Below, piece after piece: positions 11,843-26,639 of a stretch of 64,000 bases of DNA. Position numbers and translations under genes: made by a program. Within the stretch, counting starts at the first letter, position 1. Each line of letters begins with the position of its first letter. The stretch covers positions 49,600,001 to 49,664,000 of the forward strand of contig OZ024741.1 in NCBI GenBank assembly GCA_964016885.1. Reading direction: 5' to 3'. Origin of the DNA: Eledone cirrhosa. Lineage: Eukaryota. The notes below the pieces were generated by a model that saw only the letters and a list, made by a program, of their open reading frames with translations, made no database searches and was not told the origin of the DNA.

Positions 11843-12665
11843 TTATAGTGTTCAGGTGCACTACAACTCATCAAAGGTGCATGTATAGTACATAGAATAA
11901 TGTACAAATGTCAGGAAAATGAACAGTGTATGAGTCATGATATACATGTGTGCGTGTGTATGGAGGGGTAATATCAGGTGTAGTGTTGGCAAATTTCAGG
12001 ATGCATGGAGGTTTTTTGTTTGTTCCATGCTGTTGTCTGACTTTGTGGGCATGCCCACATGTGTTAGACACATGGAAGTCAAAAAGGTGCTCAGGGTTGT
12101 TGTTGGCAAGATGGTTACTAATTTTGTGGGTGTTTACCAAGTCAGTTGCCAGGCTTTGGAGCTTCAATGTATTCATATCCAAGGAAGCAAGGCGCTCAGA
12201 GTATGGTAGGTGCCTTATGGAGGGTATTCGCTTGGTTGCACGTATCTGAACAGTTTCCAAGAGGTCAATGTTCTGAGCAAGATAGGGGTTCCAGACTGGT
12301 GATGCAAATTCTAAGTGTGGCCGCACCATAGCTATATACAGCTTTAAATAGATAGCTTTCTTGACAATTTTAGAGATATGCTTCATCCAACGCAAATCGC
12401 TGCTGACCGTAATGCCCAGGTCTTGTTCACAAGAAGACTTCTTGATATTAGTGTTGTGGAGGGAGTATGTGGACACTGGATTTTTCCTCCCAAAATGCAT
12501 GGTGGTACACTGGTCCACAGCCAACTTGAGTTGCCAGTCCATGATCCATTGCTGCAGTGTGTCCAGGTCTGATTGCAGGAAAGATCTATAGTGTTCAGGA
12601 TCTGTCCTTTTTATCTCAAGGTACAGCTTGATGTCATCTGCATATTTCAGTACTGTGGCATTCTT
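11843..12665 (-). mobile_element. CR1-clade LINE 3' fragment
   Basis: YADD near 12635. MHFGRKN, DLGITVSSDL, LYIAMVRPHLEFASPVWNP, LETVQIRATK. Confidence 0.9.
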
Positions 12666-12702
12666 TAAATCATTAGTAAGTTTTTAAAATATCTTAGAAA
12701 AT

Positions 12703-14180
12703 GAAGAGTAGATGAATGGCTATTGAAAGCTGTACAAGCCATGTATAGGGGAGCAGTCAGCAAAGTTAGGATTAGCAATGACTATAGCGAGGAATTTAGC
12801 GTACGGGTCGGTGTCCACCTGTGCTCTGTTCTTAGCCCTCTCCTGTTCATCATAGTCCTGCAGGCAATAATGGAGGAGTTTAAGACCGGATGCCCAAGGG
12901 AACTCCTGTATGCTGATGACCTCGCACTTATAACTGAATCTATGGTAGAACTAGAGAAGAAATTCCAAACTTGGAAGCAGAAGCAGGGACTAGAAAGAAA
13001 GGGTCTCAAAGTCAACCTGACAAAGACTAAGGTCCTTGTAAGTAGACGAGAAAACAGAACCCAGATCCCCTCAGGAAAATGGCCTTGCTCAGTATGTAGG
13101 AAAGGTGTAGGTAGGAACTCCATTCTCTGCCCCAAATGCAAACAATGGGTACACAAGAGATGTAGCGGGATCTCAGGAAGCTTAATTAAGAATGTAGGCT
13201 TCACATGTAGCAGCTGTGCTGGGGCAGCAAACAGCCACAGGAAACAAATACCACCAAACTCTGGGAGGGCTCTGTAGAAACAGTAGACAGCTTCTGCTAC
13301 CTAGGTGACTGAATTAGCAGTGGAGGTGGGTGTTCAGAAAGTACAATAACTAGGGTAAGAACGGGATGGAAGAAGTTCAGGGAGCGACTGCCACTGCAAG
13401 CAGCAAAAGGTTTTTCCCTCAAAATGAAAGGCAGACTGTATGATGCGTGTATACGAACAGCAATGTTACATGGTAGTGAGACCTGGGCGCTGTCTGTAGA
13501 AGACTTGCGTAGATTAGAAAGAAACGAAGCCTGCATGCTCCGATGGATGTGTAATAGTAATATATGCGAGCGACAAAGCATAAATGAATTGAGAGAGAGA
13601 GACTGAGCATAAGCGGAATCAAACAATGTGTGCAGGAGAGGAGGTTATGTTGGTATGGATATGTGATGCATATGAAGGATGACAGCTGCATAAAAAGGTG
13701 CAGAGCACTAGAAGTTGACGGAAACCGCGGAGTGGGGAGACCTAAGAAGACCTAGGATGAGGTGATAAAAGCCGACCTTACTCAATTACACCTCAAAGGC
13801 GATGACACACAACCGTGACCTCTGGCGTCACGCAGTAATACAGAAGACCCGACCCCCCCACGGGTACAAGCCGAAGCTGAAGCATATAGACAATAAGCCC
13901 CCACCCCCTCCCACTGCAAAGTGGTTGTGAAGGTGCCACAGCAAAAAAGCACCCAGCCCCCACTGTAAAGTGGACGTGTAGGCGCCACAGAAAAAAGCAC
14001 CTAGCACCTACTGTAAATGAGGTTGGTGTTAGGAAGGGCATCCAGCTGTAGAAATCAAGCCAGAAACAGTTCCCGTATGAGCATGGCATGGTCAGCCGAC
14101 TGGACACTGCCCACAACAGGACAACCCGTCTAACCCATGCTAGCATGGAAGAACGGACGTAAAACGGTGATGATGATGAA
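12703..14180 (+). mobile_element. RTE subfamily A, 5'-truncated and frameshifted
   Basis: YADD, PHD-like insert, C-terminus, 3' UTR and (GAT)n. Highly similar to 1188-2660. Confidence 0.93.
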
Positions 14181-14815
14181 AACAATCTAAAGAATGTTTT
14201 TCAAAATGAATTGATGTTGTCTATTATTCAAACCAGTTGAGTTGCATAAATAGATACAAATGCAATCACAATCTTTAACTGCTCTTGTGACCTCAGCCTT
14301 TGAGAGATTAGTCACTGCTCCCAGATTCACCTTTTGTACATCAGAAGATGTTGTTGTAATTGGGTTTAGGTGATCAGCAAAATACTCTCTCTAAATACTC
14401 TCTCCACCTCATGAGGATGTACCTCGCTGAAGAGAGGAGAATCCTAGACATGTTTCTGATAGCAGGTGTTGAGGAGGACTTCTTGTCACCAAGTCAGCAG
14501 ATGATTTGCCAGAACACTTTATTTGCTCATCTGAAGTCGAATTCCAGCTTAACCCTAAAGTCCTCCCATGTCTTAACTTTGGATGCCATTACTGTCTCTT
14601 CTGTGATTATTTGTGTCTGCTTGTACCACAAATACTTCAAAATAATTCTATTATACTGTTTGGCCCAATTTTATTTGTTAGATTCTTTCATTTTTATTTG
14701 AGAGAAATGAAACAAAATAAAATAACACATCTGGTCAGGGTTAAATTCCTAAGTTATAAAATATGTGAAATATATAGTCAAACATCATGCCTATATTTTC
14801 TACTTGTCCACTTAA

Positions 14816-15022
14816 CTCTTTAGCATTTACATTACTCTATATTTACTATTGTATTTTCGTGATAAGTGCTTATCTCACATAATGTTAAATCTATTAGATT
14901 TTGATGTTATTCATTTTGAGAACAATACCTTAACATCAGTATGAGTGGCCAGTTACAGCCGGTTTGAACAGAAAGAGGTGAGAGAATTCTGACCAGATAT
15001 GACCAGTTTAAATGCTAAAGGC
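14816..15022. mobile_element. piggyBac-type MITE (TTAA target duplication)
   Basis: TTAA-CTCTTTAGCATTTA...TAAATGCTAAAGGC-TTAA. Same family as 19807 and 61596. Confidence 0.8.
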
Positions 15023-15239
15023 TTAATTGTATACATACTCATTCGAGTAAAGGAATTGGAATTGTGATATTCATGCTGGTCATTATTGGCATAAGAAGCA
15101 AACACCAGACTACAGACCTAACATGTTGGATAGATCTTATCACAAAAGTAGATTCCTTGACAATTTCTTTCAGCTGAAAGTCTTTAAATTGCCATAAAAA
15201 ATATTTACAAAAATTTAAATTTTTTCTCTCTCTCCACAG

Positions 15240-15326
15240 AATCACTCTTTTACCAGAGTTGGAGTTTTTACAGTTTCTGTATCTGTAACCAACCAATATG
15301 GAAGCATTACAAAGAATCTCAGTGTG
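15240..15326 (+). CDS. Internal exon of polycystin-1-like (PKD-domain) gene, phase 0-0, NHSFTRVGVFTVSVSVTNQYGSITKNLSV
   Basis: Polypyrimidine tract plus CCACAG acceptor (AG at 15238-15239) and GTGAGA donor at 15327. 87 nt open, encoding the C-terminal half of a PKD fold (HxF..xGxFTVSVSVTN). Joins in frame to 17187. Not in the ORF track. Confidence 0.85.
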
Positions 15327-17186
15327 GTGAGAATTTTTTAAATATAAATTTTTACACAAATTTTAATTATTCTCTGTTTTACTTAATTTCAAAATTTCAT
15401 AGTTTTATTATTATTGTTACTGGTGTTGTTATCAAGAAATACTTTTTAATTTTTATTGACTCAACTGTATATATATATATTCTTTATTGTGTATAGATAA
15501 ATGATAGTAATAATAGGAATGTTTGTTTGATAGAATCAATAGAGTTGCAAGCAGAATGCTTTGTTCTATTTAGTTCATGTTTTTGTCCACGTTCTGAGTT
15601 TATATCTTACCAAGCCCAACTTTGTCTTTCATCCTAGTAATAGTCAGATATGGAATTTAATATTTAGTCAAACATAAAGAAGGGTCTTTGGAGTAATGTT
15701 AATCATTAGAGTGCATAGCTCATAGATCAGAGAGTCACTCCAGGTAGAGCCACTACTTCTCTGAATTGAGAGATCACAGCTCTGATATTACTATCATGTG
15801 GTTGGAATGTCTCAGGAAAGAATCATTGGATATATTTTACGGGCAAAACCAACCGATAGGAGACTCAAGAGTCAACCCCCATGCAAGATGGTTGGATAAC
15901 ATCTATGAGCTTGGCTGGTCACACTTGGGGATCCAGCTGGATCAGTTGGAGATGGTTGACCCGCTGGAAAGAGTGTTTGAGGACTCTGCCTCCACGACCC
16001 TCTCATGATTAAGTGGGCAAAGAAGATAAGGACAAAGAAAAAGAAAGTAGCATTGAAAAAGACTATAAATGAGAGGAAAAGGAGAGGAAGGACAAGGATT
16101 ATTAAGCAATGAAAGAAAGGGGTGGGGAAAGGATGACAGACTCTACGCCTAAGTCAGTGTGATGTTTTGGCTGCACCCTACAGACAAAATGGCAATGCTA
16201 TTGCCATGATATTGTATTGATTTAATCAACTATATTTTTCCCAAGATTTGTTGTCTTGTGCTAATGTTAAGATATTAATATTTGAAGGAGACTGTATTGG
16301 TAGAGATAACATTGCACTGGATTAAATGCTTGATAGCATTTAGTTTTATTCCTCTATAATCTGAATTGCAGCAATTTTAATTTTATACTTCATCTATTTG
16401 AACATCAATAAAATATTATACTGAAGTCAATCCTAATCATAACACATTAGTTTTGAGTAGAATATTAATAGCTCATGGTTATACCTTCTTCTATTTCAAG
16501 TAATTCTCGATCCAGAAAACAGCTTTGTTTAATACTTTCACAATCACTACTAATAGCATTGATACCCTGTTTATAGCTTTCATCAGTGATTAGAGGAAAG
16601 CTAGTTATAATGAAGAATAAAGCTAGATGTTAATTTGTTTCATGCTCTACTGTAATAAATGGTTAGTTGCTTGTTCCATTTTCTAATTAGAGATATCTAT
16701 TAATGGGTAAACAGCCCTATTATTTTTGAAGGAAAATTTGCTAACTGCTTCTGATGGCCAGCTGAATTACATCATGTAGACAAATACAAAGAAAATCTTA
16801 CAACCAATTTGAACTTGCAGTCTTTGTGTTGTTCATTCAATACTTTATCTACTTAGTTATTTTGATTGTATAATCTCTAAATATATTTAAGATATTGATA
16901 TTCTGCTTGTTGTCAGTCTAAGAAAATAAAGTAGTTACATGAAAATTAAACCATGGGTACCTTTTCAAGAGATAATTTGTTTTAAACTTATGAATAATAA
17001 ATCTAAAAATTTGTCTGTGAGATAGAAGATACTCTGAAGTGAAATGTTCAGTATTATTTTATATAACTATGATGTCTATGTTAGTTACTTAGCAGTAATC
17101 GATTTGCATTGTTCTTAACCTATTTCTAGCTGTTGTTCAACTAGTATAACAATACTTCATATGATCTTATGCTTGATTTATTTCAG

Positions 17187-18435
17187 GTTGTTGAAAGTCA
17201 GCATTTGGAAAATCTTTCATTTAACCTGCCTCTTAATGCAAATAAATTTTATCAAGTGAATGAACCAGTTCACTTTCTGGTATCATTTTTCACAGCAACC
17301 AGAGAGGATACATTACTTTTGGTGGATTTTGGTGATGGGAACCAGAAAATGTTCATTCTTGATGCAAACCACACCAGTCACAGCAGCGACTGCCAGGCAC
17401 CAGTCTTATTACGTAAAGATTATGGTGATGGGTGCAATCTTCAGGGAGAAATCTGCTACACCTATTCAATGCCAGGAATCATTAAACCACATGTTGTTGC
17501 TAAAAACAACATCAGTTCTGTGAAAACAGCATTGGATCCAAAGTTAATTGTTTATGAAGAAATCAAATCTTCGGTTATTTTGTCAAACATGTTTATTCCT
17601 AGATATAAAAATACTACCTTTTTCTTGAAATCGCCATCATTATCAGAAAGCCACCCTATCAGGTGGGTGATTAGAACAAATGAACAGATTGTTCTTAACA
17701 CAACAAATTCACCATACTTACAGCATGCATTTCAAAATATAGGGCAATATGATGTCTCTGCTTCATTCCATACATTGCATGTCAATCAAGAAATGGTACA
17801 AAAAACTGTATATGTGAAAGAACCTATAACAAATGTAACACTCCAGTCTGTTAGTGACTCTTTTATCCAGGCAGGTCAAAGTCTGACCTTTTATGCTTAT
17901 ACTTCTGCCAATTCACTAGTTAACTTCTACTGGAACATTGGTGGAAAAACATATTCTCTTCGAAAAAACCTCACTTCAAGTCAAAGCCATGTATTCAAAA
18001 ATGTGGGAGAGTTTGATGTGTCAGTTAGTGCCTTTAATGAAGTTAGCAATATCACTGCTACTCTCTCACACAAAATCGTAGTTCAAGAACCTATAGAATT
18101 ACTTGAACTTCTTATTGATGAAGCAGTGGCAGTTAACATTCCTGTGTTACTCTGTGTAAAAGTTGTGCCTGTTTCTGATTTCAATTTACTCTGGAATTTA
18201 GGGAACTCTCTACAAAATTACAAAATTGTCCAAAAAAATGGCAGTCATGCTTGCATTGAACACACATTTAAAATACTTGGATTTGTAAACATCAGTGTTG
18301 TGGCTTTCAACATCATCTCAAACATGACTGAAAGCTGGGAAGTTCTAGTTGAGGAACCACTGACATATTTTGATATTGATATTGTGAGGCCAACTTTTAT
18401 TGGAATTCCAATAATCTTTATCATAAAAACTACAG
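17187..18435 (+). CDS. Large exon with several tandem PKD domains (polycystin-1-like), phase 0-1
   Basis: Within ORF 17169-18476. TTTCAG acceptor and GTAACT donor at 18436. Repeated PKD signatures: VDFGDG, YTYSMPG..VVAKNNIS, HAFQNIGQYDVSA, FYWNIGG..HVFKNVGEFDVSVSAFNEVS, HTFKILGFVNISVVAFNIIS, with V(Q/E)EP linkers. Confidence 0.93.
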
Positions 18436-19389
18436 GTAACTTCTATTTATTTACTTCCACATTTATTTTTCATTGAGTTGTTGTGAATCCATGCTTATGA
18501 GTATATATAATGTTTACATCATATTACTATCATAATCATTTATTTATTCAGCATCTTCTATTTCTACCATTATGTCTTTCATCATCATCATCATTTAACA
18601 TCCATTTTCCATGCTTGCATGGGTTAGACAGGTTGTGTGGTTATGAGACGAGTCATGTCCAGAGACCACTTCTTGCTCATACTGATCTGTATTTTTACTT
18701 GATTTCTATGGCTGGATGCTCTTCCTAACACCAACCAGTTTACATTGTGGACTGGGGACTTTTTATTATGGCACCAAAACGACCACCTTACAGGGTGAAG
18801 TGGATGTTTATAATAACTATTTATAGCAGTTGTGTCAATCAATGTAACTATTTAATATTGTGCTTCAATCATTATACGTATTTTCTATGCTGTTATCTCC
18901 AACATGTGTCATTAATGATCTTTTGAAAATATATTTAGATTTTATCAGTATTTATGGCCTTATCATGTATTATTGTCTTAAATGTGACTTGTTATTACTG
19001 TCAACAAGGCAGCAACACTCTTAGATGACTCAACACTCCAAAATGACCCAGGTAATAAGCACTGGTTTGCTGTTTTATCACTACTTCTTTACCATTATAG
19101 CTACTTATTGAGATGGAGCTTACCCTTGTTTTCAAAATATTGAGTGGATGAGAAATTTTGTATAGGATGCCAATATTATGTAATTATAATTTTCCAAGAA
19201 ATTACTCTGGTAGTATTTGGACTTGAAGCCCTGTGTTATCACCAAATTAAAATTTGCTATGCCAAATCTCTTTCAATCAGTTCAACACTCAGTATTAAAT
19301 TTATTCCTCCTATTTAGTCAATATTTTCTGAAAAAGTTAAGTTGACCTTATTCAATATTTAACATTCCATTATTGAAGTATATAAGGGC

Positions 19390-19605
19390 AGTGGAGGCAG
19401 TATCAGTAGAATGTCAAACAACATGCTTTGTGGCATATAGTTATGGTCCTTTACATTCTGAGTTCAAATCCTGCCAAGGTTACCTTTGCCATTCATCCTT
19501 ACAGGGTCAATAAATTAAAGTTCCAGTAATGCACTAAGGCTGATTTAATCGACTTTCTCCTTCTCCTAAATTGTTGGCCTTGTGCCTCAATCAGAAACCA
19601 TTACT
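19390..19605 (+). mobile_element. tRNA-derived SINE, second family (central CTTTGCCTTTCATCCTT..GGGGTCGATAAAATAAAGTACCAG domain)
   Basis: A/B boxes plus central domain shared with ~23905-24010, 29500-29693 and 38101-38242. Confidence 0.75.
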
Positions 19606-19806
19606 TAAGTATATTCAGTTAATGTCATTTCTTCATTCATCATATGTGATTACATAGTTCATCTACTGAAATACTACTTCATTATTTATTACATACAATT
19701 GGTATGAGTTTCCTGTTGATTATATTTGTTTGCTAGAAGTGGTTGTAGCGAAAGAATAAAACAGTAAGAAACAGATTGATGAGTTTGGGGAAGCTATTAC
19801 CTTTAA

Positions 19807-19994
19807 CCCTTTAGCATTTGCATTATTTTATATATACTATTATATGTTCACATAATAATGAATCTATGAGATTTTGATATCATTTATTTTGAGAACAATA
19901 CTTAACATCAGTATGAGTGGCCAGTTTCAGCTGGTTTAAACAGAAAGAGATGAGAGAATTCTGGACAGATACAACCGGTTTAAATGCTAAAGGG
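19807..19994. mobile_element. piggyBac-type MITE (TTAA target duplication)
   Basis: TIR CCCTTTAGCATTT flanked by TTAA on both sides. An empty paralogous site lies immediately downstream. Confidence 0.85.
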
Positions 19995-20451
19995 TTAAGG
20001 GTTTATTTTTATGGAATGAGAAACAGATTAAATGAGTTTGGGAAAGCTATTACCTTTAAGGGGTTATTTTCGGGAAAATTTAGAACTGCTCGAATCTCTG
20101 AGGCATGTGCCATGGCTCAAATGTTTGATATTCTCTAAGTCTGAGAAGCAAGAAAGCTGAGCATATGAAATGTGGGAGTGATGTTACATACAAGTCAGGG
20201 TTGCAGTATATCTACAAACTTTTTTTTCTTATATGCAAATAAAGTTTGTACATACTTTATTTGCATATATGCAAATAAAGTTTGTACATATACTGCAACA
20301 CTGACTTCAACTCTTTTAAATGTATTTTCTATTTACACTCTACAAACTACAGCTGTAATACTAGAATACAACCCAAATGAAACAGACCTCATAACAGCAT
20401 TGAGTGCTCCGAACAGCACACTGCCTGTAACTGCTGTTACTATCATAAATA

Positions 20452-20530
<79 letters not shown>

Positions 20531-22640
20531 CATATCATCACTGTTTTAATGGCCATTTTTTTGTGCTGCAGGGATATAGCAAGTATGCCTTGAGCAATGT
20601 AGTTTTACATTTAGGTAATAAATAAATGCTGATAAACTGCACATTGCTGAGTAATAAACATCCTCAGAAACAGGTGTAATCTCTCTTTCTCTCTCTCTCT
20701 CTCTTTTTTCTTTGTCTTTCTCTCACTCACTCTCTTTCCCCTCTCTCTCAACCATATTCTAGTAAATACTTTGTGTGATTGAGTTAGGGGAATATGTTAT
20801 GTTAGTTTACTGTGAATAATGGTTTCCTTATTTCAGCTGAAGAATGTAGGGTGGCTATATATACCTAGATAATGATTTCTTAAAGGAAAGTTGCATGCTT
20901 CTCCAATATGAAGAGAGATAGATTGACAGGTATTATGTTTATGTAGTGCAAAGGTGTAGCTTAACTAGACAGGTGTAAAGATAAAAGGTTTATTAGTGAC
21001 AAGCATTTTTTTATCTTGTTTTGCCTTTGACCAAGAGAAATATTCTGCTAAAACATAAGTAAATGAAATTCTGAATAATTTTGATATCCTGTCAGCTGAG
21101 GAGTTCTCCCATATAAACCTACTATCTCATCTGTAAATACATATATACACTGTTTGTGTATACAGAGACAGCTAGGTGTGTGACTAAAATCATCTTTTAA
21201 GGCATGTTTCTTCACAACCAACAGGAACTTTGATATACTTTAACCTGAAAAGCTCTCTATAAACTTATGTCATCTGTAAATACATTTATGTACTATTTGT
21301 GTGTGTGTATATATATGTATACAGAGACAGCTAGACTGAAGCCATCTTTTAAGGCAGTTTTGTTCACATCCTGTACACAACCAAAATTCACAGTCCCAAA
21401 ACCCTTAAGTGGTTCATACATAGATGCCTTTCAGTAGTTTAGACAAAGAATATACCCATCAATGTTTGAAGGAAATCTCCCCCTCCTATCATGAACCAGA
21501 CAGATTTTACCCTTCATTGAAACTCCTGCAAGATCATCCTCCAAAATCTGAAGGATGCTGCCATGCATCACACAGCTCACTTGGTCTCTAACTTCTCAAA
21601 CTGCAATTGGTCCTTTTGTTCCTATACCAAAAGAAACTCTGACAACTTTGTGAAATCCTCCTTCCATCTACTTTTCCACCACAATGGTTCTGCTAACAGT
21701 ACTTATGCAGAAAAATACCTCCGTAATCCTTGTCCACTTTCCATTTAACAATATACAACTCACACTTCTAAACCACTTTTATCCGCTCTGTGACTCTACA
21801 CCATATATATATAGATATTAATAGAAATCAAGCATGAAAACAGCTCTGGTTGCTTCAAACCACCCATTCCACTAACCTCAATCAGTGCATCCCGGAGCTA
21901 TCCCCTGTCCTCACCAAACCTTTCAATCTATCTTTCTCTCTCCAGGTATCTATCCTGGTCTTTAGAGGAGCAACTATTGATCTATTGTTCTATTAATCTA
22001 TTGCTGTGTTATGAAATGAAAAATGATGTGTTTAGAGACCCCCATCTGATTCAGTTTATACTATGATAAAACACACCCAGACCATAATATATGGAGACCG
22101 CATTGATGCTATGATAAAATACACCCAGCCCACACAGTAATGTGGTTGGCATTAGGAAGAGCATCTAGCTGTAGAAACCATGCCAAACTAGAACATATGA
22201 GTAGGATGTATGTGGTCATCCAACCTGTCTTATCCCAGAAGACAACAACTTGTCCAACTATGATAGCATTGAGAACACACAAAAAACACGTTGATTATAT
22301 ACAATTTTGTCAACCTTCCTTAACCATTTTTCTAACAAAAATAGATACTACCTATGCATTTTCATTGTTAAAATAAACATATTGGAGACACTTACTCTCG
22401 GGTCTGGAATAACGCCCCTCTCTCCCCCAGCGTTTAGTAATTTTTCAGATTTGTCCATCCCCACACCCCAGCTTATTAAAATTTACTAATCAATATCCGG
22501 CAAAATTTTAATTTAAATGATAGCATTCCTGCGACAATTCATTTTCTTTATACATTAAAAAACATTATACATGACAAAAAAGTACATTACTGGAAATCCC
22601 ATATGTTATAAAATAAATAGGATGGGTTAGGGTTTCAATC

Positions 22641-23159
22641 ATCATCATCACCGTTTTACGTCCGTTCTTCCACGCTAGCATGGGTTAGACGGGTTGTCCT
22701 GTTGTGGGCAGTGTCTGGTCGGCTGACCATGCCTTGCTCATACAGGAACTGATTTGGCTTGATTTCTACAGCTGGATGCCCTTCCTAACACCAACCTCAT
22801 TTACAGTGAGTGCTGGGTGCTTTTTTTCTGTGGCGCCTACACGTCCACTTTACAGTGTGGGTTGGGTGCTTTTTTGCCGTGGCACCTCCACGACCACTTT
22901 GCAGTGGGAGGGGGTGGGGGCGTATTGTCTATATGCTTCAGCTTCGGCTTGTACCTGTGGGGGGTCGGGTCTTCTGTATTACTGCGTGACACTAGAGGTC
23001 ACGGTTGTGTGTCATCGCCTTTGAGAGGTGTAATTGGGTAAGGTCGGCTTTTATCACCTCATCCCAGGTCTTCTTCGGTCTCCCCACTCCGCGGTTTCTG
23101 TCGACTTCTAGTGCTCTGCACCTTTTTATGCAGCTGTCATCCTTCATACGCATCATATG
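22641..23159 (-). mobile_element. RTE subfamily A 3' end
   Basis: Reverse-complement match to 13660-14180. Confidence 0.9.
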
Positions 23160-24817
23160 TAAAGTAAATTACTAATTCTGTCTTTTTCTTTAATTCTGGT
23201 ATTTTGCTGTACATTGGTAAATATACATAGATATATAAATAAAATATTGTAATTAATGTATATGAATGTAATATGAAACTCAGTGATATCTGGAGTGACA
23301 GAACGTCAAACATAGTCACAGATTCAAGCAACAAAACATAGAATATTATAATCAAGGAATTATTAAATAAGATATTTTTTTTACTATAAACTGCATTATC
23401 TTTTATGGGTACTATAATAGTAATAATAATTGTTTCTACTTTTGACACAAGGCCAATGGAGACAACCTAGAAAAATTACTGATTTTTCAATCCCCCAACC
23501 CCACTTACCACCCCATCCCATTCCCATTATAAGTAAGTATAATTTAATATAATAACTTTGGTATGGTATGGTCCTGTAATTCCCAGTGTTTCTTGGGCAT
23601 TTTTTAAGCTTGGCAGAGTCCATCCCTCTCCAGGCCTCAGTACAGAGAGAAGAAGAATCTACCCCATTACTAGATTGGTACTTTTTTCATGGACCTCAAA
23701 AGGATGAAAGGCAAAGTTGACCATTGTAGGATTTTAACTCAGAGAGCTGGAACGAATACCATAAAGCATTCTATCCAACGTTCTAATGATTCTGCCAATT
23801 CATCGCCTTATAATAACTTTAACATTACTTAATCACTAATATATTATACTAGTGTTCTTAGCAAAAGACATTTATTTATCTACTAAAACCTATTATTATT
23901 ATTCGCCGAGGTTAACTTTGCCTTTCATCCTTGCGGGGTCGATAAAATAAAGTACCAGTAATGTACTGGGTAATTTGCTGGCCTTGTGCCTAAAGTAGAA
24001 ACAATTATTATTCATGTAATAACATTTCAGTGAAGATGTTTATTTAACTGCAAACAATTTAATACAACCTGTTTCAGGTAGTTTTCTATTGTAAGTGTTA
24101 CATGAAATTTCCTCTCATCTTAAAAGAGGGTTTTAAATCAGTCCATGTCTTAATAGCAAGTGACCTACTTTTTAAATATATTTATTGTGATTCATTATTT
24201 GTGTAATAATAGACTGAAGAATTCATTGCATCAAGTTTATTTCTAATTGTGTTGATTTCATGTAATTCTTCTTTGATTAATACTGTAAAGATGAATATTA
24301 TATTCATCTTATGTTCATTATTATTTAAGCGGTTTGTAGGCAGTTTGTAATGTGGATGCTCTCATCTCTTCATTATTTGATTGTGCCTAAAGTAGAAACA
24401 ATTATTTGATTAAAGTGATGGAAAAAAAAAAACCTTGACTGAATTCACTCTAAAAATTGTATACAATCTTATTTCTATAAGATAGAAAGTTTACGATAAA
24501 ACTCACTACAGGGATTGAAGGTTTAAGACCTTAGGGTTATGTCATATAACCAATCTCTTATATATTTTATCTGATGAAAATGTACTGAAACACCATTGTA
24601 CCTTTGATATATGTATAATAAAATATATACTTTGGTTATGATAATATTTCTCATTTATTAATAACATTGGTTATGATAATATTTCTCATTTATTAATATT
24701 TTGAATAATATTATAGATACTCCAGATAAATATTTGTCGAGTGCTTCTAATCTATTGTAATATTCGTTGAGTGCTTCGAGCAGCATGCCGCAAGTAACTC
24801 ATTTAAACTTTAACCTA

Positions 24818-24868
<51 letters not shown>

Positions 24869-26441
24869 TTATGAATTAGCTCTTCACCATATGGGAAAAT
24901 TAACTTAATGTATTTTGTGCAGTGAATGATTGAGCATCTTCACAGTTGCTCTATTAGCCTTTTATTTATTTTTTATTTTATTATTTTATTTATTTTTTAT
25001 TTTATTATTTTATTTATTCAAATCCAGAAAATCCAGCCCTGTTCCCCCTTCTGCTGCTGAAGCTAAAGAATATTAATTTCAACTTGGAAAGAATTTTTTT
25101 TTTTTTTTGTGCACTTTGTTTTCTTTACTCTATAGGGCTCTAGTGAAGAAGCAAGCAAAATGTCAGTTTTGTCTTCCTTTCTGTTTCATGTTAGTTTAAA
25201 CTGTAAATTATATGTTAGTTGTAGAGAACAGAAGTTTTCAAGTTAAATACCTTTCATGAAAAATACGTGCAAAGTGTACATCTGAAATATGCATCCCTCT
25301 AACCTCCTCTATTTTTTTTGCTTTTTATTTTTTACTTTTCCAGTCTTATACTCATTCTCGTAATTTCATCCATCTTTTAAATATTTCCATTTTCACTATA
25401 GTCTCTTATTATTTTTCTCATTTACTCTTTCTCTTCCATATTCTTTCCCTTATCATTATATTTACCCCCTCCCCATATTTATTCTCTCTTATCCGTATAT
25501 ATCTCCCCCCCCCCTCGTATTTTTCTATTTCTTATTTCCTACTTTTACTTCCCTTTATATTCACACTCTCCCATTTTTACATGTTTTATAATTTTCCATA
25601 TTTCCCTACTATCTGGTTTTTTTTTGTTTGTATTGTCTTTACCCTCTATTTTCTGTTCACCCCTTCATCCCCCTCCTCCTTTGTTTCTCTCTTCCTTTCT
25701 CTCTCTCTCTCTCCTTTTCTACCTGTGTTTCACCTTATGCTTTTTTTATACTTCTCATTCTGTGAACACTGATATTTTGAATTATGAGGAGAAAGTTAAT
25801 TTAGAAGTTGGTGGCCAACAAAGTCTGATGTAGCACCTGTCACCTGCCAATGAAAGAAAGAGTGGGTGGGCTTTCATTGACCTTCTAACCTCCTGGCAAT
25901 TGGTTTTAGTTCAAAGTTTTGTTTGTTTTGTTTTACTCTTACCCCTTCCCCTCCCACACTTTCATTTCCTATATGGGGGAAACTTTAAAGATCTACTACA
26001 CCAAGTATATAGAGAAAAGCAAATGTCAGCAAGAGCCTAGTGCAAATTTAACCTTGGCTTGCTTGTTACCATATCAACTAGCTTGCCTAGATATAAGAAT
26101 GTAAATAGACCCAAAATATTCCCCCACTGCACCCAACCAACAACCCACCTAGACATGCAAACAACACACTAGCCAACTCAACTCTTGGTTGAATGAAGAA
26201 AGGACTGATTTTGATTGAAAAATTAACAAATTAAAGGATTGGGAACTAAAGCTATTTGCTGAAAGTGTCCTCGTCCCCCACCACCACCACCAGCATTCTC
26301 TTTCAACTGACTGGATCGTAATATATAGGCTAAAAGCAAATCATTTACATATTTACTGCACTGCAAAAACCAATTCAGGTTCTATTCAATATATATATAA
26401 ATAGACATTACATATCATTAAACACACATGTAATGATATAT

Positions 26442-26639
26442 ATAGGAAAAGAGTCAAAACCCCGACGGCAGAGCTCAAGCCGTTTCGGCAGCTATTTCTG
26501 GACTCAGAAATAGCTGTCGAAACGGCTTGAGCTCTGCTGTCGGGGTTCTAACGCTTTTTCTATTACCAACTCTACTACCCAAAGTATCGAGTACTCTGGT
26601 CTGTTATGGTCCACCTGGTTCCTTATCACACTTCTTTCG

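Noticed and set aside
21330-21960. Possible old L2/CR1 fragment (also 14190-14650)
   Set aside because: Only faint peptide similarity. Boundaries and family cannot be supported by eye.
24571-24602. CTGATGA-AAATGTACT-GAAAC possible hammerhead
   Set aside because: Stems I-III do not pair convincingly. May be chance or too decayed.
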